In this document: in pieces, positions 1 to 3,711 of the stretch
Layout of the letters: each line of letters begins with the position of its first letter
Numbering within the stretch: position 1 is the first letter of the stretch
Virus record (IMG/VR): IMGVR_UViG_3300020041_000017
Span: 1 to 5,961 of that record
Length of the DNA: 5,961 nucleotides
Source: a virus
Strand: one strand, 5' to 3'
Notes under the pieces: model-generated
Databases searched by the model: none
The model's input: the letters and a program-made list of their open reading frames with translations, nothing else
What the model was told of the DNA's origin: nothing
Made by a program: the position numbers and the translations under genes

Positions 1-49
1 CAGATACGAATTTTCGCGTATAACGGCGATGTTGGAGGAGGCAAGATAA
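1..49. repeat. Left copy of the 49-nt terminal direct repeat, which is an assembly overlap of a circular genome
   Basis: CAGATACGAATTTTCGCGTATAACGGCGATGTTGGAGGAGGCAAGATAA at 1-49 is identical to 5913-5961. Confidence 0.97.
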
Positions 50-664
50 AGGTGTAAGTTTTCCATCTACAGTAACATATTTATCCGAAATTTCTTCGGG
101 ATTAAACTCAATTTGTTTAGTAACATACTTGACACAATATCGAGCACGCTTGTGGGTAGCTTTCGATAACCAGACAAAGCCGAGGTCTCGAACGGCGGCG
201 CGAATAGTATTATAGAGAACATTTGTGCCAAACAAAAAGCCGTGAAAGTGCAAGCGAGGTTCATTTCCCATCTCTGGATGTGTGCCAAACTCCTGGAAAA
301 AAGCGTGCTTAAACGAATGGCCGAGCTTATGACGCAAACGCTCATTGAAACGGCGGATGAATCGAGAAGGATCGAGCAACGCCTCATTGTAATATCTCGG
401 GGCAATCGTTATTGTGACAAAAATAGCCTGCTGATTATCAGCCTTGCAACGAGAAAGCTCGCGCTCTAAACGCACGAACCAGTCATTACGCTGACGACGC
501 AGACAGTCTTCACACTTGCCGCACGGAACCATCAGCCATTGGCGCGCCACATCCCAAGGTCGAAAAGCCAAGGCAGACTTAGCGACGTCAGAACCATCAC
601 GACAAGGGTTCTTCTTATCGAAATAGCGCCGATTGCGTATCCATATGGGAGATGAACAGGGCAT
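1..664 (-). CDS. VP4: Replication initiation protein (rolling-circle HUH endonuclease, Microviridae VP4 / phiX A-like), N-terminal 221 codons plus the first base of codon 222. It continues at 5912.
   Basis: I translated the minus strand by hand in the frame with codon first bases at 664, 661 ... 1. The ATG is at 664-662, preceded by an in-frame TAA at 679-677. The translation reads MPCSSPIWIRNRRYFDKKNPC...LMVPCGKCEDCLRRQRNDWF, with the PCGKCEDC segment at 526-503. It continues with AIFVTITIAP, PRLHFHGFLFG (H-F-H at 250-242) and ARYCVKYVTKQ (Y-x-x-K-Y-V-x-K at 139-116). There is no stop before base 1. These are the hallmark motifs of Microviridae initiators, and the phiX174 A active site is Y-V-A-K-Y-V-N-K. 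The ORF is absent from the track because it has no in-window stop. Confidence 0.93.
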   Translation of the reverse strand, partial: MPCSSPIWIRNRRYFDKKNPCRDGSDVAKSALAFRPWDVARQWLMVPCGKCEDCLRRQRNDWFVRLERELSRCKADNQQAIFVTITIAPRYYNEALLDPSRFIRRFNERLRHKLGHSFKHAFFQEFGTHPEMGNEPRLHFHGFLFGTNVLYNTIRAAVRDLGFVWLSKATHKRARYCVKYVTKQIEFNPEEISDKYVTVDGKLTPLSCLLQHRRYTRKFVS

Positions 665-864
665 TAGAAAAGACTCTTAAGGCAATCAAACTTAATATAA
701 GGGTTAGTGCGACGACAGCGGTCAAGATAATCGTTCGCGGGAGCCTCGTCGATAAACCAAGCAACAACAACTCGCCTTCGGCCACGATACGCGCCAACCG
801 AATAGCGATGAGGTGCACTATTAATAACGGGAGAGTACCTAGGTCTGAAATCGAAATGATCCAT
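664..864 (-). CDS. Hypothetical Arg-rich 66-aa protein, translationally coupled to Rep. It is a possible DNA-binding or packaging protein.
   Basis: The product is MDHFDFRPRYSPVINSAPHRYSVGAYRGRRRVVVAWFIDEAPANDYLDRCRRTNPYIKFDCLKSLF, with 10 Arg and 2 Lys against 7 acidic residues. T dominates the codon third positions, as in VP1. Its TAA (666-664) overlaps the Rep ATG (664-662) as TAATG. The competing 116-aa ORF (615-965) is its +1-frame hydrophobic shadow. Confidence 0.62.
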   Translation of the reverse strand: MDHFDFRPRYSPVINSAPHRYSVGAYRGRRRVVVAWFIDEAPANDYLDRCRRTNPYIKFDCLKSLF

Positions 865-894
865 AATTTAAAAATTAGAGTATAACGGTAATAG

Positions 895-939
895 GCAAAT
901 AAAAGCGAACCCTCAGGGGAAGCATATCCCCTGGGGTTC
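895..939 (-). terminator. GC-rich stem-loop followed by a T-tract. It is an intrinsic-terminator-like element, or alternatively an ssDNA origin or structural hairpin.
   Basis: The plus strand reads GAACCC(T)CAGGGGA-agcata-TCCCCTGGGGTTC at 907-939. That is 13 bp (9 G:C), one bulged base (913) and a 6-nt loop. On the coding strand the stem is followed by GCTTTTATTTGCC (906-894). It lies in the 118-nt gap between ORF107 and ORF66. Confidence 0.6.
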
Positions 940-982
940 AACGAGTTAAAGAACTCTTCCACCAAGCGGGCGGGTCACCACT

Positions 983-1306
983 TTAGTGCCCTTTCCCTTC
1001 TTCTTTCGACGTGCTTTCATCGTGAGTCAAATCAGCATTAAACATAAGGACTAGTGTATTGTCGAAGAAATCAATCGAAAAATCAGGATACGCGATCAAA
1101 GCCTCTACGAGACTGGGGATATGACCGTGGTCAATATAGGGCGAAACTGAAATAGTAGAATGTTCTACATAGTCAGAGATGGGAGTGCGTGCAAGAGCAT
1201 CAAGATGAAGTGCTTCAAACTGACCATCTTTGATGTAGCCTACCTGTACAAAATCAACCTTGAGAGCCGGATTGACGCGACGAATAACAACATGAACATG
1301 TGTCAT
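983..1306 (-). CDS. Hypothetical acidic, His-rich 107-aa protein
   Basis: The ORF starts 21 nt after the ORF102 stop, has T-ending codon bias, and has the conserved TTTAAATT-NN-ACTACT-ATG start context. It has about 16 D/E, 7 K/R and 8 His. I recognise no family. Confidence 0.75.
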   Translation of the reverse strand: MTHVHVVIRRVNPALKVDFVQVGYIKDGQFEALHLDALARTPISDYVEHSTISVSPYIDHGHIPSLVEALIAYPDFSIDFFDNTLVLMFNADLTHDESTSKEEGKGH

Positions 1307-1327
1307 AGTAGTGTAATTTAAATGTTT

Positions 1328-1636
1328 TTAGAAAAAGCTAGCGTAAAAACGCGCCCAAGCCTCAGAGTGCTTGATCCAAAATTTGCAACCCTCGGGAGTC
1401 GAGGTAAACAAGAAAGCAGAAGAGATGAGAGAGGCGGGGCTGAGGCTAGAATGACCAAGAAGGTATTGGATTTGCTCGCGCAAACAGTCTCGGAAGGGTT
1501 TTGAGGACCCGAAGGCACGATCATAATTCGCCCGAAAAGCGGGATACACCTTTCGACGAATAAGCCACTCGACGAACATATAATCTATGACGTCGACCAG
1601 CAATTTAGCATCTTTAGAGCTTTTGTTCTTTTTCAT
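1328..1636 (-). CDS. Hypothetical basic 102-aa protein
   Basis: The ORF has T-ending codon bias and lies 26 nt downstream of the TATATTTG promoter element. It has a Lys-rich N-terminus (MKKNKSSKDAK) and about 16 K/R against 9 D/E. The C-terminal FLFTSTPEGCKFWIKHSEAW is a T-P-E-G-x-x-F-W type motif. I believe this recurs in small phage and Bacteroidota hypothetical proteins, but I cannot verify that here. Confidence 0.75.
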   Translation of the reverse strand: MKKNKSSKDAKLLVDVIDYMFVEWLIRRKVYPAFRANYDRAFGSSKPFRDCLREQIQYLLGHSSLSPASLISSAFLFTSTPEGCKFWIKHSEAWARFYASFF

Positions 1637-1662
1637 AAGAATACGGTTATTGGTTTACACTG

Positions 1663-1693
1663 CAAATATAACAACGAAAATCTAAAATGCAAA
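1663..1693 (-). promoter_or_regulatory. Bacteroides/Bacteroidota-type promoter with -33 TTTG and -7 TAnnTTTG
   Basis: The minus strand reads TTTG (1693-1690), then 19 nt, then TATATTTG (1670-1663), then 26 nt, then the ATG of ORF102 (1636). It matches the published Bacteroides consensus TTTG-N19-21-TAnnTTTG exactly and sits in a 72-nt intergenic spacer. Confidence 0.65.
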
Positions 1694-1708
1694 AAAAAAT
1701 CAAGAATC

Positions 1709-3076
1709 CTAACGATATTTACGGGTAGTACCATACGTGCTCGAGTAACCACTGCGATTCATTTCCGTTTTCGCGTAACCAACAAGGTTTCCTTTCGAAT
1801 CATAACGAGTTGTTAGCGAAGAGCCTGTGGAATTGTTAGTACCGCCACCAGCTGAAACAGTTTTAGCTGCACGGGACATGCCTCCACGGATTATGCCCGC
1901 GCCAGCGATACTAGCAGCCGCACCAACCAAAGCCTTAGAAATCTCAACATACGGATCAACCTTTGCGTTACGAAGAGCAATACGAGCCTGCTCAGGGAGA
2001 AAATCAGAAGCGTTTGCTTCATTCACAATAGTTTTATCATAAAAGTCCTTGAGCGACATCGAAACTTTGAAAGACTTAGGGCCAGGATTTCCACGAGTAA
2101 TAGGATTCTTACTTCTGAGATTTTCAGAGTACTGAGGATTCGGAATTTCGACCTCGAACCGCTTATCCCAATTACGTACAAGTTCGTTAGCAGCATCAAG
2201 ATTATCCAAACGCAAAGACTCTATAACCTCACGAGCTTGCTCACCAAGGATCTGATTAAGAACGGCCTGAGTTTTCATCATAAAAGCCTGCGCCGACATC
2301 ACAGCTCCTAAATTCTCGTTCTCGATATTCAGCCGGCGAACTTCCGCGGCAACAAGAGCAGCCTGAGTCTTTTTTTCGTCAATAGAACTCAAAAGAGTAG
2401 AGTCAGAGATAAAGAGGGCGTTCTTCTCAATGCTTTCCTGCACTTTAAGAACATCCGCAACGGCCAAATTATGCTTAGTAGCAGCCTGATCTAAAGCTAC
2501 ACGAGTCTGTGCCATAAGAGTGTACAACTGCTTACCTACATTTTGATCATTAATTGATTGAGCTTGAGCGTTATCGAGGTTAGCAGCAGCATCATTGCGA
2601 CTCACCGTTGATTGGGCAACCATATTCTGCGCAATGGCAGTAGGGTCGCCAGCGGAAAAAGCGCCAGGACTAACGGGAGCACCGCCGGAAGGCCCAGAGG
2701 CAGAGGGCATAGCAGCAGAACCTCCTGACATGGTGGCATTTACGCCAACGCCGGAAGAACCTAAAACCGCGGCAGGTGTCACACCAGCCTTCAAATAACG
2801 ATCAAAAACCTTCGAAGGGTCATTATAGGCGTTCTCGTAATCAAACTGTTTCTGCCAATTAGCGTAAGAAAGTTCAGATTGCTTCTGCATCTGCTCCAAA
2901 GCGTACTGCTGTTGAAGCTTCATCTGCTTTTGCTGAAAACGCCATTGGCGACGAGCATTCATGCCACCGAAAAGCTGACCAAGAGCGCCAGAGATTAGAC
3001 CGGTAGCGCCTGTAGAAGCGGCAGACTGGCCGAGAGCTTGACCAAAGGATGCGGCGGCGGCGACAGGAGTAGGCAT
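1709..3076 (-). CDS. VP2: DNA pilot / minor capsid protein (Microviridae VP2, phiX H-like), 455 aa
   Basis: The termini are Gly/Ala/Ser-rich (MPTPVAAAASFGQALGQSAASTGATGLISGALGQLFGG... and ...GAAASIAGAGIIRGG). A Q-rich helical segment is followed by YNDPSKVFDRYLKAGVTPAAVLG, which resembles the conserved N-P-x...AG-L/V-N/T-P block of VP2 proteins. The central region is long and predicted helical. It occupies the canonical position after VP1. Confidence 0.88.
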   Translation of the reverse strand: MPTPVAAAASFGQALGQSAASTGATGLISGALGQLFGGMNARRQWRFQQKQMKLQQQYALEQMQKQSELSYANWQKQFDYENAYNDPSKVFDRYLKAGVTPAAVLGSSGVGVNATMSGGSAAMPSASGPSGGAPVSPGAFSAGDPTAIAQNMVAQSTVSRNDAAANLDNAQAQSINDQNVGKQLYTLMAQTRVALDQAATKHNLAVADVLKVQESIEKNALFISDSTLLSSIDEKKTQAALVAAEVRRLNIENENLGAVMSAQAFMMKTQAVLNQILGEQAREVIESLRLDNLDAANELVRNWDKRFEVEIPNPQYSENLRSKNPITRGNPGPKSFKVSMSLKDFYDKTIVNEANASDFLPEQARIALRNAKVDPYVEISKALVGAAASIAGAGIIRGGMSRAAKTVSAGGGTNNSTGSSLTTRYDSKGNLVGYAKTEMNRSGYSSTYGTTRKYR

Positions 3077-3077
3077 A

Positions 3078-3269
3078 CTACATGTGAGTTAAGTTGTTAG
3101 AACGAATAATGTAATCGACACGCACAGTGTCAATATGAACGCCACTACGCTGCATTCTGGCCTGAGCTGAACAAGAGGCGAGAAAAAAAGCAGCTAAAGC
3201 AGCAACGATAGAAGAGATAAGCGTCCAAAACGCCTTCGACTTATAGAACGGTTGTTTAGTATCAGACAT
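3078..3269 (-). CDS. Small predicted lipoprotein, 63-aa precursor. It has a signal peptide with lipobox L-A-S-C (Cys33) and a 31-aa mature peptide.
   Basis: From the ATG at 3269 the product is MSDTKQPFYKSKAFW-TLISSIVAALAAFFLAS-C-SAQARMQRSGVHIDTVRVDYIIRSNNLTHM. This gives a Lys-containing n-region, a 17-residue hydrophobic core, and LASC at 3182-3171 matching [LVI][ASTVI][GAS]C. The TAG stop at 3080-3078 lies 1 nt before the VP2 ATG. I prefer the 3269 start to the upstream ATG at 3380 (100-aa form). The 3269 ATG carries the same TTTAAATT-NN-ACTACT-ATG context as ORF107. Confidence 0.7.
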   Translation of the reverse strand: MSDTKQPFYKSKAFWTLISSIVAALAAFFLASCSAQARMQRSGVHIDTVRVDYIIRSNNLTHM

Positions 3270-3402
3270 AGTAGTAGAATTTAAAGAACGATAGAAAAAT
3301 GCGCGGCCTCTCCTGCAGTCGTTACCAATAACCTTCAGCAATTCACGAACTCTTGCAAAAGGGGTCCGCGCACGTAGCATATATCGTCAAGTAAAGAATA
3401 CG

Positions 3403-3699
3403 CTATTTTTCTTCAGAATCGGCAAATTTAGAAGTAAGCTTCGATCTATCCAGCTCTGAATCAATAAGCTCCTGACCAACCTCAAGACCGTCAAACTTGT
3501 CCATACGAGAGAAGGAGTTAGGGTCGAAGTCGATTTCAGGATTGTAACTCTCGCCCTTATCAAAATCAGAAGGCTCTGCCGTCACGTCTGGACGGCCAGG
3601 AAGAATGTCAACAGATCCGGAACCATTAAGAACGGAGAGAATGCGTTGACCGCGAGAGACATAAGCGGGAGCGTCTTCAAGTAACCAATCAAGTGCCAT
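3403..3699 (-). CDS. Hypothetical highly acidic 98-aa protein. It is a possible internal scaffolding protein (VP3-like role), and that function is not established.
   Basis: The ORF starts 12 nt after the VP1 stop on the same strand and has T-ending codon bias. By my count it has about 22 D/E against 10 K/R. Its position beside the capsid gene fits a morphogenetic accessory protein. I recognise no family motif. Confidence 0.72.
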   Translation of the reverse strand: MALDWLLEDAPAYVSRGQRILSVLNGSGSVDILPGRPDVTAEPSDFDKGESYNPEIDFDPNSFSRMDKFDGLEVGQELIDSELDRSKLTSKFADSEEK

Positions 3700-3711
3700 A
3701 GGATTAATACA

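Noticed and set aside
1-49. Terminal direct repeat as a biological LTR, att site or terminal redundancy
   Set aside because: Microviridae genomes are circular ssDNA. The repeat lies inside the Rep coding frame and joins it in phase. An exact short overlap is the usual signature of a circular contig.
67-405. 112-aa minus-strand ORF inside Rep, and likewise the 95-aa ORF at 5619-5906
   Set aside because: Both stand in the same +1 shadow-frame relationship to the Rep frame. Rep motifs fully explain this DNA.
907-939. Hairpin read as a Xer/dif-like recombination site (palindromic arms around a 6-nt spacer) for chromosomal integration
   Set aside because: The arms are GC-rich and bear no resemblance to the AT-rich dif consensus I know. 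I cannot support an integration function from the sequence.
615-965. 116-aa minus-strand ORF (MVEEFFNSLNPRGY...), hydrophobic, overlapping ORF66 and the Rep start
   Set aside because: Its frame is offset so that its second codon positions are the T-rich third positions of ORF66. That offset automatically produces Leu/Ile/Val-rich pseudo-proteins. Its own third positions lack the T bias seen in VP1. Its 5' end runs straight through the 907-939 hairpin/T-tract. I therefore treat 865-982 as non-coding.
1318-1524. 68-aa minus-strand ORF overlapping ORF102
   Set aside because: It is a +1 shadow frame of ORF102, hydrophobic for the same compositional reason, with no independent support.
1691-1699. 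A9 (T9 on the coding strand) homopolymer just after the VP2 stop, and T7 runs inside VP1 (about 4384-4390) and the lipoprotein gene (3185-3191), considered as slippage, frameshift or phase-variation sites
   Set aside because: The A9 run is intergenic and supplies the -33 TTTG of the promoter. The T7 runs encode Phe-Phe in frame, and no extended alternative frame opens after a +/-1 slip.
3270-3380. Upstream ATG at 3380 giving a 100-aa version of the lipoprotein ORF (extra MLRARTPFARVRELLKVIGNDCRRGRAFFYRSLNSTT)
   Set aside because: I have not excluded this. A 37-residue, highly basic extension ahead of an SPII signal peptide would be atypical. The internal ATG at 3269 carries the same upstream module as ORF107. 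I keep it as an alternative start.
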